From: an uncultured Dehalococcoidales bacterium
GTDB taxonomy: Bacteria > Chloroflexota > Dehalococcoidia > Dehalococcoidales > W111
NCBI GenBank assembly: GCA_964443115.1
Contig: CAYUBP010000002.1
Coordinates: 1-24,275 of the forward strand
Direction of reading: 5' to 3'
Length of the DNA stretch: 24,275 bases
The position numbers and the translations under genes are program-made. Shown here piece by piece: positions 1 through 7,509 of this stretch. A model generated the notes under the pieces. It saw only the letters and a list, made by a program, of their open reading frames with translations. It was not told the origin of the DNA and did no database searches. Each line of letters begins with the position of its first letter. The first letter of the stretch is position 1.

Positions 1-11
1 ACGATTCCCCA
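1..11 (-). tRNA. Probable 5' end of a tRNA (Gln-like), truncated by the window edge
   Basis: Reverse complement of 1-11 is TGGGGAATCGT, which resembles the U1-starting 5' end of bacterial tRNA-Gln (acceptor strand TGGGGAA, U8). It lies just downstream of a near-consensus minus-strand promoter. Only 11 nt are visible. Confidence 0.35.
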
Positions 12-21
12 GCGCATAAAA

Positions 22-50
22 ATTATAGCATCTGGTCGGCTATTCGGCAA
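22..50 (-). promoter_or_regulatory. sigma70-type promoter firing off the left edge
   Basis: Minus strand TTGCCG (50-45), 17-bp spacer, TATAAT (27-22), preceded by TGn (extended -10 TGCTATAAT). Confidence 0.6.
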
Positions 51-75
51 CACGCAAAAAACAGGCTAACCATGC

Positions 76-131
76 GATGTTTAAGAGGGGCGTAAGCCCC
101 TCTATATAGTTCTTCCCCCTCTCCTTTCCAA
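76..131. repeat. Short intergenic palindromic repeat, family A copy 1
   Basis: Hairpin AGAGGGG-CGTAAG-CCCCTCT (84-103) plus a CCCCTCTCCTTTCC tail. Its reverse complement aligns with 5788-5836. Confidence 0.6.
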
Positions 132-157
132 AGCTTTGCCCTAAAAGTGCCTTTTTT

Positions 158-222
158 GTCATCCTGAGCATGGCGAAAGGACTCACCCCCAGATTCTTCG
201 TCGCTTCGCTCCCCAGAATGGC
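158..222. repeat. REP/RPE-like palindromic element, family B copy 1 (degenerate)
   Basis: GTCATCCTGAG...AGATTCTTCGTCGCTTCGCTCCCCAGAATGGC. The core CTTCGTCGCTTCGCTC matches the reverse complement of GAGCGTAGCGACGAAG in the 14166-14260 element at 15 of 16 positions. Confidence 0.6.
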
Positions 223-284
223 TTTTGAGGCGACCTCTCCTTTCCAATAAGAGGGGAGATTATGGGGTAAAGTCAGGGAAGCTC

Positions 285-328
285 TTGACACTGCGTCGCC
301 TAACAGTCTATGGTATTCAGTAAAGGAG
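285..328 (+). promoter_or_regulatory. sigma70 promoter and RBS of rnc
   Basis: TTGACA (285-290), 18-bp spacer, TATGGT (309-314). AAAGGAG Shine-Dalgarno at 322-328 ahead of TTG 335. Confidence 0.55.
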
Positions 329-334
329 AGAGCT

Positions 335-1030
335 TTGGCTGATTTAGCTGGCTTGCAGCAGGTTTTAGGGGTCTCGTTTAAAGACCCATCGCTTCTGGAG
401 CAGGCCCTGGTTCACAGCTCTTATATCAACGAGAACCCGGCTCTTGCCACTACCTCCAACGAGCGGCTGGAGTTCCTTGGCGACGCTATCCTGGGTCTAA
501 TCATTGCCGAAAAGTTGTACCGGGATTTCCCCGGCTTGAACGAGGGAGAAATGACCAGGCTCCGCTCCAGTCTGGTGTGCCGGGACTCTCTTTCTGCTAT
601 AGCCAGCACCATCGGTCTGGGAGGCTATCTCTACCTGGGAAAGGGAGAGGAGACAAGCGGCGGTCGTACCAAGCTGACTAACCTTGCGGCTGCCACGGAA
701 GCAGTGATTGCGGCTGTTTACCTTGACCGGGGACTGGCAACAACCAGAAGATTTGTCCTGAGATTATTTGACACAGAACTGAAAAGGATAGCCAGCCGGC
801 GCGCCGTGGCAGACTATAAATCACAGCTACAGGAGCTTGCCCAGGCAAAGTGGAAGGTGCCACCGGTCTATCAACTGCTGGAAGCAGTGGGCCCAGACCA
901 CGACAAGAGGTTCACCGTTGAGGTAAGGGTTGGCAGAAGCGTGCTTGGCAGAGGCTCAGGCAAGAGTAAGCGGGCTGCCGAGGCTGAGGCTGCCCGCATG
1001 GCGCTGGAGCGGACTGGCTTTACTGGATAG
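335..1030 (+). CDS. rnc: Ribonuclease III
   Basis: RNase III signature NERLEFLGDAIL, the EAVIAAVYLD motif, and a C-terminal dsRBD (DYKSQLQE...GPDHDKRF...GSGKSKRAAEAEAA). TTG start with SD. Confidence 0.97.
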   Translation: MADLAGLQQVLGVSFKDPSLLEQALVHSSYINENPALATTSNERLEFLGDAILGLIIAEKLYRDFPGLNEGEMTRLRSSLVCRDSLSAIASTIGLGGYLYLGKGEETSGGRTKLTNLAAATEAVIAAVYLDRGLATTRRFVLRLFDTELKRIASRRAVADYKSQLQELAQAKWKVPPVYQLLEAVGPDHDKRFTVEVRVGRSVLGRGSGKSKRAAEAEAARMALERTGFTG

Positions 1031-1074
1031 CCCGCCTCTGCTAAACTGTATACAAAACTGAGTGAGGTGTGTTT

Positions 1075-1221
1075 ATGGGAGGTCGAGACTACCGACGGCG
1101 GGAGCCGAAGAAAACCAAAAAGGATGCCAGGAAGATACCAGCGGCTACCATTCTACCACCTCCAATGACTGTGGAAGTCATCAAGAAAAAAAGGAAGGAA
1201 GCGGAGGAAGAGGAGAAATAG
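1075..1221 (+). CDS. 48-aa highly charged small protein, missing from the ORF track
   Basis: ATG 1075 to TAG 1221 encodes MGGRDYRRREPKKTKKDARKIPAATILPPPMTVEVIKKKRKEAEEEEK. GAGGTG SD lies 5 nt upstream. It fills the rnc-acyP gap. Confidence 0.7.
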   Translation: MGGRDYRRREPKKTKKDARKIPAATILPPPMTVEVIKKKRKEAEEEEK

Positions 1222-1256
1222 CCTCCTACCAGAAGCCAGCTAGCAGCGGCGAGGAC

Positions 1257-1532
1257 ATGGCTTCAGTCCAGGCGATTGTTTACGGCCATGTCCAGGGGGT
1301 CTTCTTCCGTGCCTTTGTGTCCCGGAGGGCAACCGGGCTGGGCGTGACTGGCTATGTGCGCAACCTGCCCGGCGGCAGAGCGGTTGAGGTCAACGCGGAG
1401 GGGCAGCAGGATAAACTTGAACAGCTAATCAGCTACCTCCGCACGGGACCGCCGGCAGCCCGTGTGGAGCGTGTGGAGACAAGGTGGTCAGAATACACCG
1501 GGAGCTACCACGGCTTTGATGTAAGGTATTAG
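1257..1532 (+). CDS. acyP: Acylphosphatase
   Basis: VYGHVQGVFFR and GYVRNLPGG.VEV.AEG motifs. True start is likely ATG 1257 (GAGG SD). The track's N-terminal extension from 1062 overlaps the 48-aa ORF. Confidence 0.93.
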   Translation: MASVQAIVYGHVQGVFFRAFVSRRATGLGVTGYVRNLPGGRAVEVNAEGQQDKLEQLISYLRTGPPAARVERVETRWSEYTGSYHGFDVRY

Positions 1533-1533
1533 T

Positions 1534-2295
1534 CTACGCTTCAAGCCCGACCCTGGCTTCTTTTATCAGCTCAAGGTACTCAGTCCTGAGCTGCAGCATC
1601 TGTGCCGCTTCGCTATCCACCTCAAAAGGCTCACCAACGAAAACCTTACCGTAGTCTTCAACCCTGCCCTTTGTGGGGTCATCCCCGCTGATTAATCCCT
1701 GGCGGGCTTCAATAATCCCCATGTCAAAGGGCAGTGTAAAATACAGGTCGGCTATGACCTTGTCTATCCCCAGACTGTACAGGTCACTCCAGCCGCCGGC
1801 TGAATCGCCGTACTTGCTGGCGGGCAGTAGCGACAGCAGGTTCATGATACTGAAGTAGCCTCTGCCGCCTAACACCTTGAGCGGGGAGACGCTTATCAGG
1901 TAGTCACTGGAGAGGATAACGTTGGGTACCCAGAAGGTTGGTATCATCAGCGGCTTGGGCAAGGGATTATCTACCTCTACCCAGATGCAGTCCCTCACAT
2001 CCAGCATCAGCACCCGCGGAAAATCGTAACCCAGAGCCCGGTATATCGGCTGCATCGGGCTGCCGCCAGGGGTGCCTTCAAGCAGCAGAATGTCAGCATC
2101 GCTCACCCGGCGGATGCCCTCTATGATTGCCGACAGTATGCCGGGACTGGTGGCTACCGGATACGCCACATCATACGAGGCGCAGGGCTTAATCAGGACA
2201 CGCCGTGCCCTGGATACCGCTGGCGGCGGCTTGAAGGTAAACTTTGAAGCTTCAAATATCACGTCTCCCTCCAGCAGAGGGCAAGTAGATTGCAT
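1534..2295 (-). CDS. DUF362-like protein (divergent)
   Basis: RVLIKP motif, D.LISVSPLK and MNL segments typical of DUF362 proteins. Last gene of the mobA-moeA run. Confidence 0.6.
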   Translation of the reverse strand: MQSTCPLLEGDVIFEASKFTFKPPPAVSRARRVLIKPCASYDVAYPVATSPGILSAIIEGIRRVSDADILLLEGTPGGSPMQPIYRALGYDFPRVLMLDVRDCIWVEVDNPLPKPLMIPTFWVPNVILSSDYLISVSPLKVLGGRGYFSIMNLLSLLPASKYGDSAGGWSDLYSLGIDKVIADLYFTLPFDMGIIEARQGLISGDDPTKGRVEDYGKVFVGEPFEVDSEAAQMLQLRTEYLELIKEARVGLEA

Positions 2296-2307
2296 TTCCC
2301 AGGGATA

Positions 2308-3579
2308 TTAAATCGGTTTACTCCAGTCAAGCATTATTACCTGGACTGTGTCCCCCGGCTCCACCCTTGCCTTATCCTCGGGGATGATAACCAGACCGTT
2401 AGCTAAAGCCATTGAGGTCAGGATTGCTGAGCCCTGGGGTCCTGTCAGACGGGCGAAATAGCGCCCGTCACGCTCGGTGACTACCGCCCGGCTGAAGACG
2501 CGGCGCTGGTCGCTGTTTACTATGGAGTCCTCTATTATTGCCTCTATTATTGGCCTGGACAGGTCTTTCCTGCCCATCATCTTCAGGATAGCCGGGCGGG
2601 CAAATACCTCAAAAGCCACCATGACACTGACCGGGTTACCGGGCATCCCGAGGTGGGGAATGGCTCTGCTGTTACCCTCCCGATCAACGCCCCTGACTGT
2701 GCCGGAAGTAAGCGGCTTTCCTGGCTTCATCCGGACCTGCCAGAAGTTGATTTCGCCCTCTTTAGCCAGGATGTCCTTTACTATATCATAATCGCCGACT
2801 GATACGCCACCGGTAGTTATCAGCAGGTCAGCCTCAAGCCCCCGGCGGAAGCTGGCTTCCAGCGACCGGGCATTGTCCCTGGCTATCCCCAGCATCCTGG
2901 GGATTCCCCCGTAGCGCAACACCAGGGCTGCCAGGCTGTAGCCATTACTATCATATATCTTACCCGGAGGCAACTGCTGGTCAACGCTCGCCACCTCGTC
3001 ACCGGTGACGAGAATGGCAACCACTGGGCGGCGGATAACCTTTGCTACGCCCTTACCCAGCGACGCCAGCACGCCGACCTCTGAAGGCCTTATTAGCGTT
3101 CCCGCGGCAAAAACCAGCGACCCTTTTGCTACATCCTCGCCAGCACGGCGGACTTCCTTACCCACAGCGACTTCCCGCAGGATGCCAATTTCCAACGGCG
3201 GCTCCTTGGTAGCCCTGTCCCGCCGGGCATCATCGGTATCCTCAAACCTGACCACCGAGTCCGCCCCACCCGGTATCGGCGCTCCGGTCATAATCCGAAT
3301 AGCAGTACCCGGCTCCACCCGCCGCGAAGAGAAAGAGCCTGCCATCACCGTGTCAATTACCCGTAGCAACCGGGGAGACTCCCGGCTGGCACCCCGCGTA
3401 TCTTCAGCACGGACGGCGTAACCATCCATCGCCGCATTGTCCAGCGACGGGATATTGATAGCTGAATATACATCTTCAGCCAGCACCTGACCCAGGCAGG
3501 CGAGAATCGGGCACTCCTCCCCTTCCAGGACATGTACCTGCCCCAGAATCCTCTCCAGAGCCTCGTCAACAGTTATCAT
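2308..3579 (-). CDS. moeA: Molybdopterin molybdotransferase (gephyrin-like)
   Basis: DNAAMDGYA, IMTGAPIP.GADSVV..ED, TTGGVSVGDYD, MKPGKP, GMPGNPVS and GPQGS motifs. ATG 3579 overlaps the mobA stop (ATGA). Confidence 0.95.
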   Translation of the reverse strand: MITVDEALERILGQVHVLEGEECPILACLGQVLAEDVYSAINIPSLDNAAMDGYAVRAEDTRGASRESPRLLRVIDTVMAGSFSSRRVEPGTAIRIMTGAPIPGGADSVVRFEDTDDARRDRATKEPPLEIGILREVAVGKEVRRAGEDVAKGSLVFAAGTLIRPSEVGVLASLGKGVAKVIRRPVVAILVTGDEVASVDQQLPPGKIYDSNGYSLAALVLRYGGIPRMLGIARDNARSLEASFRRGLEADLLITTGGVSVGDYDIVKDILAKEGEINFWQVRMKPGKPLTSGTVRGVDREGNSRAIPHLGMPGNPVSVMVAFEVFARPAILKMMGRKDLSRPIIEAIIEDSIVNSDQRRVFSRAVVTERDGRYFARLTGPQGSAILTSMALANGLVIIPEDKARVEPGDTVQVIMLDWSKPI

Positions 3580-4184
3580 TGGCAACGTCTCCTTGCTAGT
3601 TCCTCTGCCTTCTCCATGTCAGCCTCGGTATTAATGTTGAAGAAGCTCAGGTGCTCAGGGTCAAACCGGCTAATCTCCTCACTATCTACATACCTGACAT
3701 TAACTAGGTCTAATAGTCTATAAATGCCCAGCTCGTCTTTTTTTAACATCTGCTCTATAGGACTCAGGCAAGCCTTAGAATAAACCGCATGTAGCGGCTC
3801 AACCATTGTGCCAAAACGGGGTATCACCAGGTCAAAGCCGGCAGCAAGCTGTACCATATGGCTCAGCAGGCCTCTGTTTAAGAAAGGCATGTCACAGGCA
3901 ACGACAAGGTTATATGGTGAGCGAGATGCAGCAAGCCCGGTAAAAATACCGCCCAGCGGGCCCCTGGCCGGGTAAATATCAGCTACTGCCCTGTACCCCG
4001 TATAGCCGGCAAGCCAGGGACAGCTTCCAGGTTCACCGGTCACGACGATTATATCACTATCAAGAAAGCTTATACCATCAAGAACCCGCCGGAACAGACT
4101 CTTTCCACCAACTATTATATTCGCCTTATCGCGCCCTAAGCGAGAGCCTCTACCGCCAGCCAGAACAATGCAACTTAAGTCCAA
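3576..4184 (-). CDS. mobA: Molybdenum cofactor guanylyltransferase
   Basis: VLAGGRGSRLGRDKA, GPLGGI, ACDMPF, EPLHAVY and FFNINT motifs. TTG start. Confidence 0.92.
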   Translation of the reverse strand: MDLSCIVLAGGRGSRLGRDKANIIVGGKSLFRRVLDGISFLDSDIIVVTGEPGSCPWLAGYTGYRAVADIYPARGPLGGIFTGLAASRSPYNLVVACDMPFLNRGLLSHMVQLAAGFDLVIPRFGTMVEPLHAVYSKACLSPIEQMLKKDELGIYRLLDLVNVRYVDSEEISRFDPEHLSFFNINTEADMEKAEELARRRCQ

Positions 4185-4230
4185 GACGTGCTTCAGGGTT
4201 TCCTTTCCTTGTCCTCTCCCTCCTGGTTAT

Positions 4231-4239
4231 ATTTTACCA
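4231..4239 (-). promoter_or_regulatory. Possible extended -10 internal promoter for mobA-moeA-DUF362
   Basis: Minus strand TGGTAAAAT (TGnTAAAAT) immediately after the pepA stop. No clear -35. Confidence 0.35.
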
Positions 4240-5736
4240 CTAACGGTCAATAGGGAGCGAGAGGGCAAGGTTGACCAGTGTACGCACCGGCACACCGGTA
4301 GCCCCCTTGACCAGATAGCCCCGTTCCTTTTCACTGAGGCTGGTGCCGGCGATGTCAAGGTGAACCCACGGGGTATTACCGGCAAACTCAGCCAGGAAAA
4401 GAGCGGCGGTGATAGCCCCGCCGAACCTGCCGCCGACGTTCTTGATGTCAGCCACATCGCTCTTGAGCTGCTCCTTAAAATCATCGTGCATCGGCATCTG
4501 CCAGATAAGCTCCCCCGCTTCAGCACCGGCGGCAATCACCCTGCCCAGCAGCCCCGGGTCATTGCTGAAAGCACCGGTGTATATGTCTCCCAGGGCAGCC
4601 CGTATTGAGCCGGTGAGAGTCGCCACATCAACCAGGGACTTTGCGCCCAGCCTGTTGGCGTAAGCCAGGGCGTCAGCCAGAATCAGCCTTCCCTCGGCAT
4701 CGGTAGAGATAATCTCAATAGTCTTGCCGTTCATCGCCGTCAATATGTCACCAGGCTTCAGGGCGTTACCGTCAGGCAGGTTCTCTGTAGCCGGTATGAA
4801 AGCGGCAACATTAACGCCGGGCTTGAGCCGGGCGATGGCACTCAGCGCCGCCATGACCGCTGCCCCGCCCGCCATGTCCCCCTTCATCTCCTCCATCTTC
4901 TCCGCAGGCTTGATGGAGATACCCCCGGAATCAAAGGTTATCCCCTTGCCCACCAGCGCCAGGTCAATGTCGCCGGAACTGCGCCCATTATAATGCAGGG
5001 TAATGAACCTGGGCGGCTGGCGGCTCCCCTGCGCTACCCCGAGCAGCCCCCCCATGCCCAGCTCCTGCATCTGCTCACGCTCAAGGACACTCGCCTCAAG
5101 CCCGTATGTCCCGGCAATCCTCAACGCCGCCTCAGCCATGTGGCTGGGGGTCATGAAGTTCGCCGGCTCGTTGGTCATGTCCCGGGCAAGGTTAGTCGCC
5201 TCCGCCAGCACCCTGCCCCGGCTGACGCCCCCCTCAATACCCGCCAGGTCTGCCTCACCGGCGGCAACTATTATGAGCTCTTTTATCTCGCCGTTCCCGG
5301 CTTCTCCGGTCATGTGCTTGCGGAATGAATAGACACCGAGCACAGCACCCTCGGTCAATGCCTGGGCTGCCTTATCCCTGCTGGCTCCTGTATCGGGAAC
5401 GATGGCAGCCGCTGTTTCAACTCTTCTCTGCTGCAAACACCGGCAGACCACAGCGGCGCTATCGCGGACTTTGTCCCGGGATAGCTCCGGCTTCTTGCCC
5501 AGGCCGGCAACCGCTACCCTGCCCGCGGGTAACCTGCCCAAGGTGTGGATAATAGTAACCTCATCAGGCTTGCCTTTGATTTCCCCCCGGCTGACCATCT
5601 GCGATATGGCCCCGCCAAGGGCGCCGTCTATCCGGGCAAGCTCACCATCAAGCCGCTCCGTCTCTTCAAACAGATAGACAATGATTGCCCCCGTCTCCAT
5701 GCCGGCAATATCACCGGCGATAACCTTAATTTCCAT
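4240..5736 (-). CDS. pepA: Leucyl aminopeptidase (M17 family)
   Basis: GKGITFDSGG, MKGDMAGGA, STDAEGRL, DVATLTG and WVHLDIAG motifs. Confidence 0.96.
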   Translation of the reverse strand: MEIKVIAGDIAGMETGAIIVYLFEETERLDGELARIDGALGGAISQMVSRGEIKGKPDEVTIIHTLGRLPAGRVAVAGLGKKPELSRDKVRDSAAVVCRCLQQRRVETAAAIVPDTGASRDKAAQALTEGAVLGVYSFRKHMTGEAGNGEIKELIIVAAGEADLAGIEGGVSRGRVLAEATNLARDMTNEPANFMTPSHMAEAALRIAGTYGLEASVLEREQMQELGMGGLLGVAQGSRQPPRFITLHYNGRSSGDIDLALVGKGITFDSGGISIKPAEKMEEMKGDMAGGAAVMAALSAIARLKPGVNVAAFIPATENLPDGNALKPGDILTAMNGKTIEIISTDAEGRLILADALAYANRLGAKSLVDVATLTGSIRAALGDIYTGAFSNDPGLLGRVIAAGAEAGELIWQMPMHDDFKEQLKSDVADIKNVGGRFGGAITAALFLAEFAGNTPWVHLDIAGTSLSEKERGYLVKGATGVPVRTLVNLALSLPIDR

Positions 5737-5787
5737 CTTTTGCTCCTTCGACCACTAAATCCCGTCCCTCTGACCACCTTCTATTAT

Positions 5788-5836
5788 GAAAGGAAGGGGT
5801 ATTTTCTTAAGAGAGGCTTTGCCCCTCTTTAACACT
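5788..5836. repeat. Short intergenic palindromic repeat, family A copy 2
   Basis: GAAAGGAAGGGG...AAGAGAGGCTTTGCCCCTCTTTAACA aligns with the reverse complement of 76-131 (GAAAGGAGAGGGGG...AGAGGGGCTTACGCCCCTCTTAAACA). Confidence 0.55.
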
Positions 5837-5897
5837 GCCGTAGCGAAGTATAAAAGAAAAAGCTTCTCCCTCAATCTGCTAAATAAGATAGAGCAGA

Positions 5898-6269
5898 TCA
5901 AACATCCAGAATCAAATCCTTGTAACGTTTTTCAATTGTCTTAGCTTTGAATACAGCCGCTCTGATTTCTAATTTCGTCTTATCATTGACTGAACCCAAA
6001 CCAACAACTAATTCACTATGCCTGAAAGGATACATGCGCGCACAATCCAGATAAGAGTCGTTAAATAGGAAGTGATAATCGGCCTTACTTAAAACTACCT
6101 GGCATTCAAGCAGGTGAGGTCTTTTAGAAATGTATCTATTAACCTTGGAGTTCACCAAGAAGCCCATATAGCCAATGTCATCCAGGTTCTCGCAGACAAC
6201 GAAGACAAACTTTAGTTTGTGAGGATTGGTATGGCGGCAATTCTCAACACGATAAACACGCCACACCAT
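5898..6269 (-). CDS. Hypothetical protein; putative toxin (PanT) cognate to the upstream Panacea antitoxin
   Basis: 123-aa ORF 5 bp downstream of a DUF4065 gene on the same strand, in an AT-rich islet. The predicted beta-rich core with a C-terminal helix is loosely PemK/MazF-like (inference). Confidence 0.6.
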   Translation of the reverse strand: MVWRVYRVENCRHTNPHKLKFVFVVCENLDDIGYMGFLVNSKVNRYISKRPHLLECQVVLSKADYHFLFNDSYLDCARMYPFRHSELVVGLGSVNDKTKLEIRAAVFKAKTIEKRYKDLILDV

Positions 6270-6274
6270 TGCGT

Positions 6275-6796
6275 CTACTCATCATCTGAGTTTGACAGAT
6301 GATCTATTAGGTCGTCAGAATCAGCAAGCAACGCCGCAATACTCTCTACCGACATCTTTACACTACGCTTGTTTCCCCGCTTGTCCCAAGCCTGTTTCCA
6401 TGCATCATCATGGGCTGCTTCTCTTCTAGCCCAATTTGGAACTTGACCCCACACTGCTACAATCTGGTCTAAACACTCTATATCCGATTCGCTTAAGTAG
6501 TCTAAGTTTGCCTCTCGTAAACCTACGACCTGATTTCCTTTAATTTCTAAACCATTAATGGAGTCCACGCTAGCCTCTTTCAATAGGTCATAGGCGTTAG
6601 AGGGTGTTGCACCCTGCTCCATAGCACAATAAGTCTCACCAAAGATGAACCGCCCATATTTCTCCAAACTGGTTTTGTCCGCCAAATAGACCAACTTACA
6701 TATACCATAGATGTCAGAATCAGAGATTCTACGGGACAGATACAAGATGGTCTCAACAGCCTTTGCTCGGTCAAACCGGAAAATAACCCTACCCAT
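6275..6796 (-). CDS. Panacea domain (DUF4065/SocA-like) antitoxin
   Basis: F..KA.E.ILYL, KLVYLADK.SLEKYGRFI.G..Y.AM..G..PS..YD, and LS.SDIECLD motifs characteristic of DUF4065. Confidence 0.85.
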   Translation of the reverse strand: MGRVIFRFDRAKAVETILYLSRRISDSDIYGICKLVYLADKTSLEKYGRFIFGETYCAMEQGATPSNAYDLLKEASVDSINGLEIKGNQVVGLREANLDYLSESDIECLDQIVAVWGQVPNWARREAAHDDAWKQAWDKRGNKRSVKMSVESIAALLADSDDLIDHLSNSDDE

Positions 6797-6803
6797 ACTG
6801 TTA

Positions 6804-6850
6804 TTACCTAATCTTTACCTAATTGTAGCATTCGCTCTTGAATTGTCAAG
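6804..6850 (-). promoter_or_regulatory. Promoter of the Panacea operon with candidate operator repeats
   Basis: Minus strand TTGACA (6849-6844), 16-bp spacer, TACAAT (6827-6822) with TGn extension. Palindrome CTTGA-N4-TCAAG (6837-6850) covers the -35. Direct repeat TTACCTAA at 6804-6811 and 6815-6822. Confidence 0.6.
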
Positions 6851-6895
6851 CTTCAACTGACCCCATATTCTCTTCTGGACTCTGGCTTTAGGGAC

Positions 6896-7477
6896 TCAGT
6901 GCTTTAGCTCTCTCACTATCTTGTCCAGTACCGGCGTAATATCCCGCGAGGTATCAACCACAAAGTGATGGCGGCGGATTTTTTCAACCCCGGGTCTCAT
7001 CCTCCGGTATACCTCCCAGTCAGCATCCGATTTGCTGTTTGCCGCTGCCTGCCTTGCCGTGAGCCGCTCCTTCACCACTCCCGGCGGCGCCTCGACCTGC
7101 ACCAAGACAAGCTTCGCTCCTGACCTCTCGGCGATACTGTACAGCGGCTCGCGGTGTTTCTCAGACAGGCTGGTGGCGTCCAGTATCACCGGAATTCCCT
7201 TTTTAAGGAGTTGCCCGATAAGAAGGTGAATAGCTCCGAAGAGCCGCGAGCTTTCACCGGGGCTATACGCCGGTGACGGAAAAAGTGCCTTGCGCAGGGC
7301 GTCAGTCTCCAGGATGAGAAACGGCAGCCTCTCCGCCAGACGGCCGCAGAAGTGGGACTTACCCGTCCCGGGGAGACCGCTGACCACGACAAAAGCGGGG
7401 CGGGCTACCGGCTCGGGGAGCTGCCCCAGGCTGTCAGCCAGGACTTGGACATCGGAACCGGGCTGGCTCTGAAGCAT
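6896..7477 (-). CDS. P-loop AAA_33-type predicted kinase
   Basis: Walker A GLPGTGKS, TDALRK, VILDAT and SDADWEVY motifs. Confidence 0.8.
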   Translation of the reverse strand: MLQSQPGSDVQVLADSLGQLPEPVARPAFVVVSGLPGTGKSHFCGRLAERLPFLILETDALRKALFPSPAYSPGESSRLFGAIHLLIGQLLKKGIPVILDATSLSEKHREPLYSIAERSGAKLVLVQVEAPPGVVKERLTARQAAANSKSDADWEVYRRMRPGVEKIRRHHFVVDTSRDITPVLDKIVRELKH

Positions 7478-7509
7478 GGCTGGTGCCCCTCTTACACACC
7501 CCTTCCCGC

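Noticed and set aside
23-291. Minus-strand ORFs 23-247 and 40-291
   Set aside because: They run through palindromic repeats and promoter sequence, with no recognisable protein features.
1062-1256. N-terminal extension of acylphosphatase in the ORF track
   Set aside because: It has no SD and non-homologous sequence. The region is better explained by the 48-aa ORF in another frame.
5860-6854. AAGCTTC direct repeat (5860-5866, 6848-6854) as a target-site duplication of the TA islet
   Set aside because: A 7-bp match between AT-rich flanks is plausible by chance, and no mobility gene is present.
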